A DNA stretch of 64,000 nucleotides from an uncultured Candidatus Saccharibacteria bacterium (GCA_964532425.1 CAZHIA010000002.1:13945-77944), one strand, 5' to 3'. Positions 39,720 to 49,561 are shown, numbered from the stretch's first letter. The notes: a model not told the origin generated them from the sequence alone. Numbers and translations are program-made.

Positions 39720-40173
39720 TTTAAATGATTGACACGATTTAAATGAATAGCACAAACAAATGGACCACAATGATTTAACGAAACGAACAAAAAATTTCGC
39801 TGTTAAGATCATCGAGCTGGCAAAATATCTAGAAGAGTATTGTGGCAACACTGGGAGAAAAATAGGAGATCAATTACTACGATCAGGTACGAGAGTTTAT
39901 GCCAACTATAGGGCCGCTTGCAGATGCAAGTCGGCAAAAGATTTTATCTCTAAAATAGGAACAGTGGTAGAAGAATCTGATGAATCACTAGGGTGGCTAG
40001 AGTTAATTGACGCAGCTAATTTAATTCCTCATTATATGCTTGAAGAACTGCTAAGAGAAACAAATGAGATCACTGCTATAATGAACGCCTCAAAAACAAC
40101 TGCGATCAGAAATGTAAAGCGTGACAGACCTTAATCATGTCAATCATTTAAATCATTTAATTCTTGTCAATCT
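39710..40173 (+). mobile_element. Putative IVS-like insertion: four-helix-bundle gene enclosed by ~30-bp inverted arms of 9-nt units
   Basis: Left arm atttaaatg atttaaatg attgacacg atttaaatg. Right arm tgtcaatca tttaaatca tttaattct. 28/30 complementary. Confidence 0.55.
39760..40134 (+). CDS. Four helix bundle protein (23S rRNA IVP/Avd-like)
   Basis: L..RTKNFAVKII, DQLLRSGT.V.ANYRAACR.KS.KDFISK and EESDES..WLEL motifs. Confidence 0.92.
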   Translation: MDHNDLTKRTKNFAVKIIELAKYLEEYCGNTGRKIGDQLLRSGTRVYANYRAACRCKSAKDFISKIGTVVEESDESLGWLELIDAANLIPHYMLEELLRETNEITAIMNASKTTAIRNVKRDRP

Positions 40174-40176
40174 TTT

Positions 40177-40887
40177 ATGTCCGGACATTCCAAATGGGCC
40201 CAAATCAAACGAACAAAAGGCGTACTCGACCAGAAGCGCGGGCTTTTGTTTTCCAAACTTTCGAAAAAGATCAGTATTGCGGTCAAGGAAGGCGGCAGCC
40301 CGGACCCGGGTGTTAATTACAAACTGAAAAGTGCTATTGAATACGCCAAAGGCCAGGGGATGCCGAACGATAATATTGAACGGGCGATCAAGAACACAGC
40401 CAATGCCGGCGAGATCAAAGAAGTGGCCTACGAAGGTTACGGCCCGTACGGTACCGCTTTTTTGGTGGAAGCAGCCACTGACAACCCGAATCGCACCACA
40501 AATAACGTCAAGCATATTTTTTCCAAACATGGAGGTAATATGGGCGCCCAAGGCTCTGTAGCCTGGCAGTTCACCACCAAAGGACAAATTCTTGTTGAAC
40601 GTGACGAAAAGATTTCTGATATCGAAATGGCAGCCATCGACGCCGGAGCTGACGATGTACGCGAATCGGCGGAAGGTCTGGAAGTGTATACTGCACCGAA
40701 CGACCTGATCAAGGTTAAAGAAGCGCTCATTGCAGCCGGGGCTAAAGTAGCCCAGGCCGATATTATCAAAGAATCCAGCCAGGGTACTGACCTCACCGAA
40801 GACCAAAAACCGAAGGTTGACGCTCTGTTTGCCGAGCTCGAGAATGATGAGGATGTGATCGCCGTCCATACGAGCGCTAACCTTTAA
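40177..40887 (+). CDS. yebC: YebC/PmpR family protein
   Basis: MSGHSKWAQIKRTKG, YEGYGP and TDNPNRT motifs. Confidence 0.95.
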   Translation: MSGHSKWAQIKRTKGVLDQKRGLLFSKLSKKISIAVKEGGSPDPGVNYKLKSAIEYAKGQGMPNDNIERAIKNTANAGEIKEVAYEGYGPYGTAFLVEAATDNPNRTTNNVKHIFSKHGGNMGAQGSVAWQFTTKGQILVERDEKISDIEMAAIDAGADDVRESAEGLEVYTAPNDLIKVKEALIAAGAKVAQADIIKESSQGTDLTEDQKPKVDALFAELENDEDVIAVHTSANL

Positions 40888-40896
40888 TCAGGTAGT

Positions 40897-40973
40897 ACAT
40901 TTGACCATTAACCATTAACAATTAAACAGGCCATTGCCATCCGGTCAAAAGTCAATGGTTAATTGTTAAATGT
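40897..40973. repeat. Tandem-unit inverted-arm element (7-nt accatta / aatggtt)
   Basis: acatttg accatta accatta acaatta ... aatggtt aattgtt aaatgtt, ends 4 nt before ATG. Confidence 0.8.
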
Positions 40974-40977
40974 TTAT

Positions 40978-41493
40978 ATGAACATTCTTGGCATCGACCC
41001 AGGGACCGCAACAACCGGATATGGCGTGATTACCCCCACCAAGCGGATGGGGGAGTTTGGGTTAGTTGATTTCGGAGTCGTGGAAACCGATAAGCACCTG
41101 ACCGATGCCGAGCGGCTCGCCATGCTGGCTGAAGATTTGGAAATTTTGATCAAAAAATACAAACCTGCCTGCGTAGGCGTGGAAAAATTATACTTTGAGA
41201 CCAACCAGAAAACAGCCATGACCGTGTCCCAAGCCAGGGGAGTTGTACTGCTCACCGCGCAGCGCGCTATGATTCCTATTTTAGAATTCACACCGCTTCA
41301 AGTAAAAAATTTCATTTGCGGGTACGGCAAGGCGGAAAAGAAACAGGTGCAATTTATCATACAAAGAACTTTTAAACTGAAAATAGCTCCCAAGCCGGAT
41401 GACGCCGCGGATGCGCTGGCGATTGCGCTCTATGCGGGACACATGTTTGCAAAAAAAGAACTGTTTGACCCCATACAGAAGAAGCGTGTATAA
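40978..41493 (+). CDS. ruvC: Holliday junction resolvase RuvC
   Basis: ILGIDPG, VEKLYF, QARGV, GKAEKKQV and PDDAADALAIA motifs. Confidence 0.95.
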   Translation: MNILGIDPGTATTGYGVITPTKRMGEFGLVDFGVVETDKHLTDAERLAMLAEDLEILIKKYKPACVGVEKLYFETNQKTAMTVSQARGVVLLTAQRAMIPILEFTPLQVKNFICGYGKAEKKQVQFIIQRTFKLKIAPKPDDAADALAIALYAGHMFAKKELFDPIQKKRV

Positions 41494-41732
41494 ATTCTTT
41501 TGAAAGAATTTCCACAACTTTGACTAGACACAAAAAATCCTCATTGTTATAATGCGCTTACAGCTGCCTTTCGGGCAGCTTCACCCAAGCACCAATGTTT
41601 TTGAATACTTGATGAGTTTCATTGGCGGATAGCCAGTCATCCCTCATCACTCCATTTAAAAATTTTGGTACCCGGGTAAAAAACTAAAATTCAACCCTCA
41701 ATCTGAAAGATCGAGGCAAGGAGAATATACCC

Positions 41733-41864
41733 ATGTTCATGGATGATGAAGATACCAATACTGGTGTCGACGGCGGCATGCCTGCTGATGATACTACTCC
41801 CGAAGAAACCGCTCCTGAAGCCGGCGCAGAAGAAGCTCCTCACGAGCCCGAGCCGGGAATGTAA
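41733..41864 (+). CDS. Small acidic protein (43 aa, not in ORF track)
   Basis: AAGGAG SD, MFMDDEDTNTGVDGGMPADDTTPEETAPEAGAEEAPHEPEPGM, own promoter (41525-41553) and terminator (~41879-41904). Confidence 0.65.
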   Translation: MFMDDEDTNTGVDGGMPADDTTPEETAPEAGAEEAPHEPEPGM

Positions 41865-41915
41865 TCTCGTTGCAATAGAAAACCCCCTCTTACGAGGGGG
41901 TTTTGTTTATTTTTG

Positions 41916-41939
41916 CGGGCAGCCAATGGCTGCCCCTAC
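41916..41939 (-). repeat. GTAG-type REP-like palindrome
   Basis: rc GTAGGGGCAGCCATTGGCTGCCCG. Confidence 0.65.
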
Positions 41940-41978
41940 ACAATTCACCGAATACAGGATTTATTTTTTCACTTCATA

Positions 41979-43160
41979 TTATTTGATCCGTACGAATCGG
42001 CGCTTGCCGACTTGGATCAGATATTCCATCTTGCCATCAAGCTCGATCGTATGATCCTGAGCAGTCCGCTCGTTAACCTTTACACCATTCTGCTGCAAGA
42101 GCCTCCGACTTTCCGATTTACTGGCAGCGAGGCTGACAACCACTAATAGCTCTGAAAGTTGGTAACTGCCGGATTTCATTTTCTTGAGCGGAATATCCTG
42201 CGGCAACTCGCCTTTGCTGAATTGGGAAACAAAAGCGTCGCGCGCCGCGGCTGCCGCTTTCTCGCCGTGATACAGTTTGGCAATCTCAAGGGCCAGTTCC
42301 AATTTTTGATCGCGCGGATTGGCATGACTCGCAATCACCTCGTCGATGCGCGACAATGGCACGCGGGTAGCAAGCAGAAAATACTTCTTGATCAGATTAT
42401 CCGGAATACTCATGGCCTTGCCGAACATATCAGTGGGGGAGTCGGTCAGATTAATGACATTACCCCAGGAAGATGACATCTTGCGGCCGTCAGTACCTTC
42501 AAGCAAGGTCATGGTCAACACGTCCTGCTGTTCCATTTTATAGGCCTTCTGAATAGACCGGCCTGCCAGTAGGTTAAAGCGCTGGTCAGTGCCGCCCAGC
42601 TCCACATCCGCTTTAATAGCTACGGAATCATACCCTTGCATTAAAGGATATAACAGTTCGCGCAACGAAACCCTCTTTCCTTCCTTCATGCGCTTACTGA
42701 TATTCTCGCGTGCTTCGAATTCGTGCAAGCCAAACAAATCAGCCAATCTGCCAATTTCCGCAAAGCCGAGCTTCTTAAGCCATTTGGAATTATAATGGGT
42801 TTCTGTTTTGGTCTTATCCAAAATCTTGAACGCCTGAGCGAAGTAGCTCTTCAGGTTTTTCTTGATCGTCGCCTCGTCAAGCATTGGACGTTCCGAATCC
42901 TTGTCCGAGGTATCGCCAATTTGTCCGGTAAAATCACCTACAATAAACACCACCTTGTGCCCAAGTTCCTGGAACGTACGGAGTTTCCAAAGGACAACAG
43001 CCCGCCCGATATGAATATTCGGACTGGTTGGGTCTATCCCCAGCTTGACCCGCAGCTTCTTTTTAGAACGCAGGGCGGCAGCCAGGTGATCACGGTCAAT
43101 AACCTCCTCGACCCCGCGGGTAAGTAATTCTTCAATTTGCTGGTCACTTATTTTAATCAT
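41979..43160 (-). CDS. tyrS: Tyrosine--tRNA ligase
   Basis: GIDPTSPNIHIG (HIGH-like), YPLMQGYD, GGTDQ, KMSSS, C-terminal S4 domain. Confidence 0.97.
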   Translation of the reverse strand: MIKISDQQIEELLTRGVEEVIDRDHLAAALRSKKKLRVKLGIDPTSPNIHIGRAVVLWKLRTFQELGHKVVFIVGDFTGQIGDTSDKDSERPMLDEATIKKNLKSYFAQAFKILDKTKTETHYNSKWLKKLGFAEIGRLADLFGLHEFEARENISKRMKEGKRVSLRELLYPLMQGYDSVAIKADVELGGTDQRFNLLAGRSIQKAYKMEQQDVLTMTLLEGTDGRKMSSSWGNVINLTDSPTDMFGKAMSIPDNLIKKYFLLATRVPLSRIDEVIASHANPRDQKLELALEIAKLYHGEKAAAAARDAFVSQFSKGELPQDIPLKKMKSGSYQLSELLVVVSLAASKSESRRLLQQNGVKVNERTAQDHTIELDGKMEYLIQVGKRRFVRIK

Positions 43161-43216
43161 ATTCGTATTATATCAGGATTTGACGTATGGGTAATCTTAA
43201 ATACATTGTATTAGAT

Positions 43217-43332
43217 ATAATCCGAATCTACAAATGATATCCCTGCCTACCGGCAGGCAGGCATATACCCCGAATCGAATGCGGGGGCATTCGGGGCATA
43301 TGGATTGTTTATATTCGGGTCATTAGGATTAT
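43217..43332. repeat. Tandem-unit inverted-arm element (ccgaat / attcgg) with inserted CCTGCC..GGCAGG palindrome
   Basis: ataatccgaat ... attaggattat ends, palindrome at 43242-43261. Confidence 0.65.
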
Positions 43333-43374
43333 TTTATACTAGTCTTTCCGCCATAAAAAAGGTATAATGTCAAT

Positions 43375-46230
43375 ATGAAAATCTACAATTACGAAACTCG
43401 GCCTGCCGTAAAATCACGGGCCAAAAGGCATTTTTTTCACTTTCCAAAATTCCTGCCGAATAATTTTCGAGGGTGGATGACACTCATTGTTCGCATCGCT
43501 GCTGTTGGAATTGTGGTCGCCGCGGCATTATTCCTGTATTACAGCCGAGGATTACCCGATCCAAACAAGCTTCTTGAGCGGAATGTTCCGGAATCTACCA
43601 AAATCCTCGCCCGCGACGGCAGTCTGTTGTATGAGATCCATGGCGAAATTAAACGCACCCAGGTAACACTGGACCAGATCTCTCCGTTCCTGCCCCAAGC
43701 CACCATAGCCATTGAAGACAAGGATTTCTACCGCCACAAGGGTATTTCAGTAACCGGTATAGCCCGCTCTGCCTTGATAGACTTGATCACGCTGCATAAA
43801 TCCCAAGGTGCCAGTACCATTACCCAACAACTGGTCAAGAACGCGATTCTCACCAAAGACAAGTCTTGGGACCGCAAGATCCGCGAAGCCATCCTCGCTG
43901 TTGCACTTGATGCCCGCTACTCGAAAAATGAGATTCTCCAGATGTACCTGAATGAGATTCCCTACGGCCGAAATGCCTATGGAGTGGAGGCCGCCGCGCA
44001 ATCCTATTTCGGCAAGCCGGCCAAGGACCTGGATTTGGCGGAAAGCGCTTACCTAGCTTCCCTCCCGCAAGCGACAACCTACTACAACCCGTACGGATCC
44101 CACCGTGACGCCCTTGATGCGCGCAAGAACACCGTGCTGACCAAAATGCGTGAACAAGGATACATTACCGCGGACCAGGAACAAAAAGCCAAGGCTGAGA
44201 AAGTCGACTTCAAACAGACAACGACCGGCATTATTGCTCCACACTTTGTCATGTACGTCCAGGATTATCTTGCCGAACGTTATGGTGAAAAAACCCTCGA
44301 GGAGGGTGGTTTGAAAGTAACCACCACACTGGATCCCAAATTGCAGCAAATTGCCGAACAGGCGGTAAAAGACAATATGGACAAGGATGCCACCAAGTAT
44401 AACGCGCACAATGCAGCACTGGTAGCGATAGACCCCAAAACCGGGCAAATTTTGGCTATGGTGGGAAGCAAGGACTACTTCGGCGATCCAGAGCCGGCCG
44501 GTTGCACCCCGGGGAAAAATTGCTTATTCGAACCAAACTTTAATGTCGCTGATTCCGAACGCCAACCCGGTTCTAGTTTTAAACCTTATGTCTATGTAAC
44601 TGCCTTCAAAAAAGATTTCAAATATTCCCCCGCATCCCTGCTCATGGATGTCACGACTGACTTTGGTACCTATGGCGGCAAAGATTACACCCCGCACAAC
44701 TATAACGGACAAAGCTACGGGCCGGTATCCATGCGTAAAGCCCTGGCCGGCAGCTTGAACGTTCCGGCTGTCAAAACTTTGGCGTTGGTCGGCGTCGACA
44801 ACGCCACACAAACCGCACACGACCTTGGTATCACCTCGCCGCTACAGGATTGCGGATTATCCCTCGTGCTGGGTGGATGCGAGGTCAAATTAGTTGACCA
44901 TGTCAGCGCTTTTTCTGCCATTGCCAACGAGGGTTTGCGCAACGATAAAACCGCTATTTTAAAAGTGGAGGATCGCAACGGAAAAGCTTTGGAAGAATAC
45001 CAGGACAACCCACACCAAGTACTCGATCCACAGGCGGCATATGAGCTAATCAGCATCATGACCGATAACAATGCTCGCAGTTATATCTTCGGCTCCAATT
45101 CGCCGCTTATTCTGCCTGATCGCGTCGTAGCTGCTAAGACCGGTACTACCCAGAACTGGCACGATGGCTGGACTGTGGGCTTCACCCCGTCTTTAGCTGC
45201 AGGCGTCTGGGCGGGCAACAACGACGGCACCCTGCTCAAAAAGGGAGCGGATGGTGTGTTTGTGGCTGCTCCGATCTGGAATGAATTCATGAAGAATGCC
45301 CTCAAAGGAACCCCAGCCGAAGAATTCAAAGTGCCTGATGGGATCCAAAAAGTCACGGTAGATGAAGTCTCAGGAAAACTGCCTACTCAGTTCACTCCAT
45401 CAACCAAAGTTGAAACATTCGCCAGTTATTCGGTACCGACCGATTACGACCCGGTACACATTACGGTCGCCATGGATTCCCAAACCAACCTGCCGGCTGA
45501 TTCTTCTACGCCGCCGGACCGCATCGTAAACAAAATTTATACGGTCTTCCATAGCGAGCGGCCGAATAGCCCGAATTGGGAAGATCCAGTCGTCGCCTGG
45601 GCCCAGGCTAATGGCTATGAGTATCCCACCGGGACCATCACCGTGCCCCCGCCACAACCGAGCAATGGCGGGGATAGTGGTGTAACAACGGACATTGTTT
45701 CCCCGAACGACGGATCATTCATTTCTGTGTTCCCATTCCAATTGGTTGCAGTTGCTGATTCTCCCAACACCATAGCCCGACTCGATCTGTCCATTGATGG
45801 GCAATTTTACAAGACTGTTACCGGGCAGCCTTACACCTTTACTATTGATAAGCAGTTGCCAGACGGCCCGCACACCCTGGCTATCCGGGCCACGGACAAA
45901 TCCGGCTATACGAACGACACCAGCATTACCATCACGGTCACCACTACCAAACCCGCTTTGAACCTTACCGAGCCATCAGGAACCATTACCGGTTTTCCCA
46001 CTACACTGACCGCAGAGAGCAACAATTTGTATAGCCAGGTTATGTTCTACTACCAGCCGGATAAAGGCCAGCCAAAACTGCTCGGGCAAGCCTCCAATGT
46101 CAGCCACTTCGGCGACACCTATCAATACCAACTGCTTTGGTCCGAACGCCCGGCACCGGGTAACTACCGAGTGTATGCGCAGACTGACCAAGGAGTGACA
46201 TCGTCGAAAGTAAAAGTGACAGTTCCGTAA
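43375..46230 (+). CDS. Class A penicillin-binding protein (transglycosylase-transpeptidase) with C-terminal Ig-like domains
   Basis: EDKDFYRH, GASTITQQLVKN, RKIRE, SSFK, SLN and KTGT motifs. Confidence 0.95.
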   Translation: MKIYNYETRPAVKSRAKRHFFHFPKFLPNNFRGWMTLIVRIAAVGIVVAAALFLYYSRGLPDPNKLLERNVPESTKILARDGSLLYEIHGEIKRTQVTLDQISPFLPQATIAIEDKDFYRHKGISVTGIARSALIDLITLHKSQGASTITQQLVKNAILTKDKSWDRKIREAILAVALDARYSKNEILQMYLNEIPYGRNAYGVEAAAQSYFGKPAKDLDLAESAYLASLPQATTYYNPYGSHRDALDARKNTVLTKMREQGYITADQEQKAKAEKVDFKQTTTGIIAPHFVMYVQDYLAERYGEKTLEEGGLKVTTTLDPKLQQIAEQAVKDNMDKDATKYNAHNAALVAIDPKTGQILAMVGSKDYFGDPEPAGCTPGKNCLFEPNFNVADSERQPGSSFKPYVYVTAFKKDFKYSPASLLMDVTTDFGTYGGKDYTPHNYNGQSYGPVSMRKALAGSLNVPAVKTLALVGVDNATQTAHDLGITSPLQDCGLSLVLGGCEVKLVDHVSAFSAIANEGLRNDKTAILKVEDRNGKALEEYQDNPHQVLDPQAAYELISIMTDNNARSYIFGSNSPLILPDRVVAAKTGTTQNWHDGWTVGFTPSLAAGVWAGNNDGTLLKKGADGVFVAAPIWNEFMKNALKGTPAEEFKVPDGIQKVTVDEVSGKLPTQFTPSTKVETFASYSVPTDYDPVHITVAMDSQTNLPADSSTPPDRIVNKIYTVFHSERPNSPNWEDPVVAWAQANGYEYPTGTITVPPPQPSNGGDSGVTTDIVSPNDGSFISVFPFQLVAVADSPNTIARLDLSIDGQFYKTVTGQPYTFTIDKQLPDGPHTLAIRATDKSGYTNDTSITITVTTTKPALNLTEPSGTITGFPTTLTAESNNLYSQVMFYYQPDKGQPKLLGQASNVSHFGDTYQYQLLWSERPAPGNYRVYAQTDQGVTSSKVKVTVP

Positions 46231-46232
46231 TT

Positions 46233-46334
46233 AATTGACAAAAATGACAAAATTGATCAAAATTGACAAAATTATACTGCAATCCTGTTCTCCATTTTTG
46301 TCAATTTTGTCAATTTTTTAAATTTTGTTCAATT
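46233..46334. repeat. Tandem-unit inverted-arm element (9-nt aattgacaa / ttgtcaatt)
   Basis: 4 units per arm between stop 46230 and ATG 46340. Confidence 0.85.
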
Positions 46335-46339
46335 CTACT

Positions 46340-47521
46340 ATGCCTTTCCTCCTCATCCTCACTTTCCTCCTTACTCCTGCCTACGCGGCGCGTTTTAGCG
46401 TGTTTGGCTTGCCGACCGATGTGCTCATGGTATGGGTCGGTGTCTTCTGGATCGCGGCCATTGCCTGGTTTACAACCAGAAAATTGTGGGGGGAATTCTT
46501 TGCTTTTCTGAAAACATTCGAACGGCCAATTCTCCTGCCAATCCTGCTATTCTCTCTGGCAGGAGTTTTCGCGCTCGATGTTCACGGGTTTGACCTCAAG
46601 AAGACAGGGCAGTTTTTAGTGCTCTTCTTACAACCAGTTTCTGTCTTTTTTATTTCCTCTTTCATATTTCGAAAGACCCCAAAGGCCAAACATACATTCC
46701 TAACCGCCTGTTCCATACTCCTAGCGGTTATGGGGCTGTTCGCTATCCTGCAATACTTCACCCGTATTGGACTGCCGGCCGCGTATTGGGGTAATAGCAT
46801 AGAACCAAAGCGCGCCTTGGGATTCTTTGGCCACCCGAACTTCTATGCGTTATTCGCAGCGCCGCTATTGGCACTATTGTTACCGGATGTACGATTAAAA
46901 CTACAAGAGGCAAGGAAACACAGCGCTCCGATCATTATGTGGGTTATTGGAGTGGTTGGACTGCTACTGTCCCTATCCCGTGCCGGCTGGCTGGGCTTGG
47001 GAGTAACTGTTCTACTGTATGCGATCATAGCAGGGGACAAGCGGATCCGAAGCGGTCTCGGTATTATCGCGCTAGTCGGAATATTAATCGTTAGCCTCAA
47101 TACCAACCTTCGATGGAGAATCCTTCTACCGCTGCATGGAGAAAAATCAGCCGTCTCGCGCATTTCGTTATGGAATACGGGATGGAAGGGGGTTAAGGAA
47201 GCGCCCATCAGCGGGCTTGGCCTGGCTGGTTTTTCCCGGCAATGGCCTATACTCAACACTGACCCCAACCTCGATACCCATAATTACCCGCACAATATCT
47301 TTCTCGATGTCTGGGTAGAGACCGGGTTGCTAGGGTTGATAAGTTTTATTTGGCTGCTTGGTGTTTTCCTCTGGCGTGGATATTCCAACCGAAACGACCT
47401 ATGGAAATTTTCAGTGGCTTTGTTTTTGACCGCTCTGCTCGTACAAGGACAGGTTGATAATCCATACTTTAAAAATGATTTGGCGATGGTCTTTTGGATG
47501 ATGTTAGCCCTGGCTGTATAA
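46340..47521 (+). CDS. O-antigen ligase (Wzy_C) family membrane protein
   Basis: RALGFFGHPN, SLSRAGW, SRISLW and YPHNIFLD..ETG motifs, many TM segments. Confidence 0.88.
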   Translation: MPFLLILTFLLTPAYAARFSVFGLPTDVLMVWVGVFWIAAIAWFTTRKLWGEFFAFLKTFERPILLPILLFSLAGVFALDVHGFDLKKTGQFLVLFLQPVSVFFISSFIFRKTPKAKHTFLTACSILLAVMGLFAILQYFTRIGLPAAYWGNSIEPKRALGFFGHPNFYALFAAPLLALLLPDVRLKLQEARKHSAPIIMWVIGVVGLLLSLSRAGWLGLGVTVLLYAIIAGDKRIRSGLGIIALVGILIVSLNTNLRWRILLPLHGEKSAVSRISLWNTGWKGVKEAPISGLGLAGFSRQWPILNTDPNLDTHNYPHNIFLDVWVETGLLGLISFIWLLGVFLWRGYSNRNDLWKFSVALFLTALLVQGQVDNPYFKNDLAMVFWMMLALAV

Positions 47522-47621
47522 CCACAGCACCCAAAGCGCTGCTGAGGAAGGCTCCCTCCATGGTCCCCATGGGGGGAATTTGATATTTGGCTTATTTATT
47601 ATTGCTGTTTATACTATAGGT

Positions 47622-48479
47622 ATGAACAAACCACTTTTTTCCAAATTAGCCAAAGTCACGCTTTTGATCGTTTTTTGGGTTGTAGTCGTATTTATCGGCT
47701 GGCAGGCCATGAAAAAACCGGCTTTGACCGGCGACTGGCAGCCCCAATTGGCAGTGCCTTCTACCGCCGAATTTCACGACGACTTGGTGACTATCCACAA
47801 CGTACGCAATTTCCGCTACGGACCGGGAAAAGAATCAGACACTCATCCTGCGTATTATGATAAAACCTATGACCTGCGGAAAATCAAACAGATTTGGTAT
47901 GTGACCGAACCATTTAACGAAAATAAGACGGCCGCTCACACCTTCCTGTCGTTCGAATTTAATAATGGAGATTTTTTAGCGATCACAATTGAAGCCCGCA
48001 AGACCAAAGACCAAACCTATAGTATTTGGAAGGGGATGCTCCACACGTATCCGCTCATGTATATTGCGGCGGACGAGCGTGATGTGGTTCTGGTTCGGGC
48101 CAATTTACGCAAAGACAATGTCTACGCGTACCCAGTCAAACTCAGCAAGCCGGAAAATGCCCGGGTACTACTGGTTGATATGTTGGAGCGCATGAATAAT
48201 CTCTTAGTCCACCCAACCTGGTACAACACCTTCTGGGCCAATTGTACGTCCAGTATTGCTTACCATGTTAACCGCATCACCCCGCACCGTATTTCCATGT
48301 GGTCATGGCAATTGTGGCTGACCGCTTCGGCTGATGAACTGGCTTTAAAACATGGGTTATTGGATACCAACCTTCCTATAGAACAAGCCCGGCAACAATA
48401 CTTTATTACTGAACGCTCGCAAAAAGTCGGGGATGTGGAAGGATATTCGAAGTTGATCAGGGAGTTTGAGAAGAAATAG
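47622..48479 (+). CDS. DUF4105 (Lnb N-terminal-like) protein
   Basis: NVRNFRY, AHTFLSFEF, EAR and YNTFWANCT motifs. Confidence 0.8.
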   Translation: MNKPLFSKLAKVTLLIVFWVVVVFIGWQAMKKPALTGDWQPQLAVPSTAEFHDDLVTIHNVRNFRYGPGKESDTHPAYYDKTYDLRKIKQIWYVTEPFNENKTAAHTFLSFEFNNGDFLAITIEARKTKDQTYSIWKGMLHTYPLMYIAADERDVVLVRANLRKDNVYAYPVKLSKPENARVLLVDMLERMNNLLVHPTWYNTFWANCTSSIAYHVNRITPHRISMWSWQLWLTASADELALKHGLLDTNLPIEQARQQYFITERSQKVGDVEGYSKLIREFEKK

Positions 48480-48615
48480 AAAAATAAAAAAATAGAAAAT
48501 TCAAAAATTCAGATCTTCGAAGGTGTAGGGGCGGCCAGCGGCCGCCCGATAACCAAAAGCTAGTAGTTTCCCTTACAAAATTTTAAAATCTTTCTATTTT
48601 TTTATCTTTTTATTT
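48472..48615. repeat. Tandem-unit inverted-arm element (8-nt aaaaatag / tctttcta) with a GTAG REP in the loop
   Basis: A-rich left arm from the stop codon, T-rich right arm, GTAGGGGCGGCCAGCGGCCGCCCG at 48525-48548. Confidence 0.6.
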
Positions 48616-48649
48616 ATTGGCAGGCCAAGGGCCTGCACTACATGCATCC

Positions 48650-49204
48650 ATGCCTCCACTTATCATAAATCTCCCCCTCCCCGAATATACCATCGAAACA
48701 CAACCTAATTACCAGACTATCGGAAAAAAGATCGATGACACTCTCGAAAAGAACTTCTTTGGTAAACAAATTGCCATTCGCGCACTCAGTCTCACTGACC
48801 ATCCACAGTTAACTATGGATGAATTCGTTGATATCATCGTCAAGACTGGTACGGATAAGTACGATCCCAGCCGTAAAGGAGTAGGGAATGAAGACTTTGA
48901 GCCGTATAATGTCGACTTGCAAGCCGGTTTTGGCACGGTGGGAAAAGATCTGGCCGGAGAGGGAGCCGATATTATCCAAAAGTTCTACGAAAACGCATTA
49001 CTCGATCGCGGTTACCGACTCAGGATCGATCTTTTGGTGGTATACGATCTCAACCAGCTCACCAAGGCAGAAAAAGTTGATCTTTCAAAACCCGGTGTCC
49101 ACCCTCGCCTAGAGCCGTACCTGTTCCGGTTCAAGGACCCTGAGCACAGACCCGAAGCGTTGCTTGGTATTATAAAACTACTAAGTAAAACACCTGCTTT
49201 CTAG
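48650..49204 (+). CDS. Hypothetical protein
   Basis: Long ORF with globular composition, start at MPPLII after the REP. Confidence 0.7.
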   Translation: MPPLIINLPLPEYTIETQPNYQTIGKKIDDTLEKNFFGKQIAIRALSLTDHPQLTMDEFVDIIVKTGTDKYDPSRKGVGNEDFEPYNVDLQAGFGTVGKDLAGEGADIIQKFYENALLDRGYRLRIDLLVVYDLNQLTKAEKVDLSKPGVHPRLEPYLFRFKDPEHRPEALLGIIKLLSKTPAF

Positions 49205-49249
49205 CAGGTGTTTTATGTGTAGAGAACAGTAGATTGTGGATTACTTAGG

Positions 49250-49549
49250 TTAATGTATATGTTCGAATAACTCAGGCAAGGTAAGATGTATTCCTAATAA
49301 TTCAGGATCATTATAAATATCCAATCTTTTGCCAAAGGCCTGTTTAGTTGCCTGGAAAATATACTCCCTCACACCGCTTTGCAGCTGTTTGGCTTCGCGG
49401 CATATGGCAGCATATTTCGAGATGTCTTCCTGATTCTTTAAGACCCCTTCTTGTACATATGCCTCCACAAGCTGACGAAACGGGCCGGTGAACGGAGAAA
49501 GATCAAGCACCGGCTCGTTTTCCCGTGTAGGCGAAAAGGTTTCAGCCAT
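49250..49549 (-). CDS. Hypothetical protein
   Basis: 99-aa ORF directly downstream of the peroxiredoxin. Confidence 0.6.
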   Translation of the reverse strand: MAETFSPTRENEPVLDLSPFTGPFRQLVEAYVQEGVLKNQEDISKYAAICREAKQLQSGVREYIFQATKQAFGKRLDIYNDPELLGIHLTLPELFEHIH

Positions 49550-49561
49550 AGAGAATGGTGA

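Noticed and set aside
23677-40134. Diversity-generating retroelement (two Avd-like four-helix genes, lectin and fibre genes nearby)
   Set aside because: No reverse transcriptase and no template/variable repeat pair differing at adenines was seen in the window
43161-43374. T-box riboswitch upstream of tyrS
   Set aside because: No T-box consensus (GGTGGNACCGCG) or antiterminator on the minus strand. The space holds promoters and a repeat element
29561-46339. ORF-track N-terminal extensions of gyrA, HAD, rsmI, ruvC and the O-antigen ligase
   Set aside because: The extensions run through repeat arms or REPs, and family-typical N-termini begin at downstream ATGs
4160-49204. Many genes left of oriC (infB, gyrA, PBP) point toward the origin, possibly indicating an inversion
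   Set aside because: GC skew cannot be computed here, and rpsA, tyrS and most tRNAs are co-directional, so there is no firm anomaly
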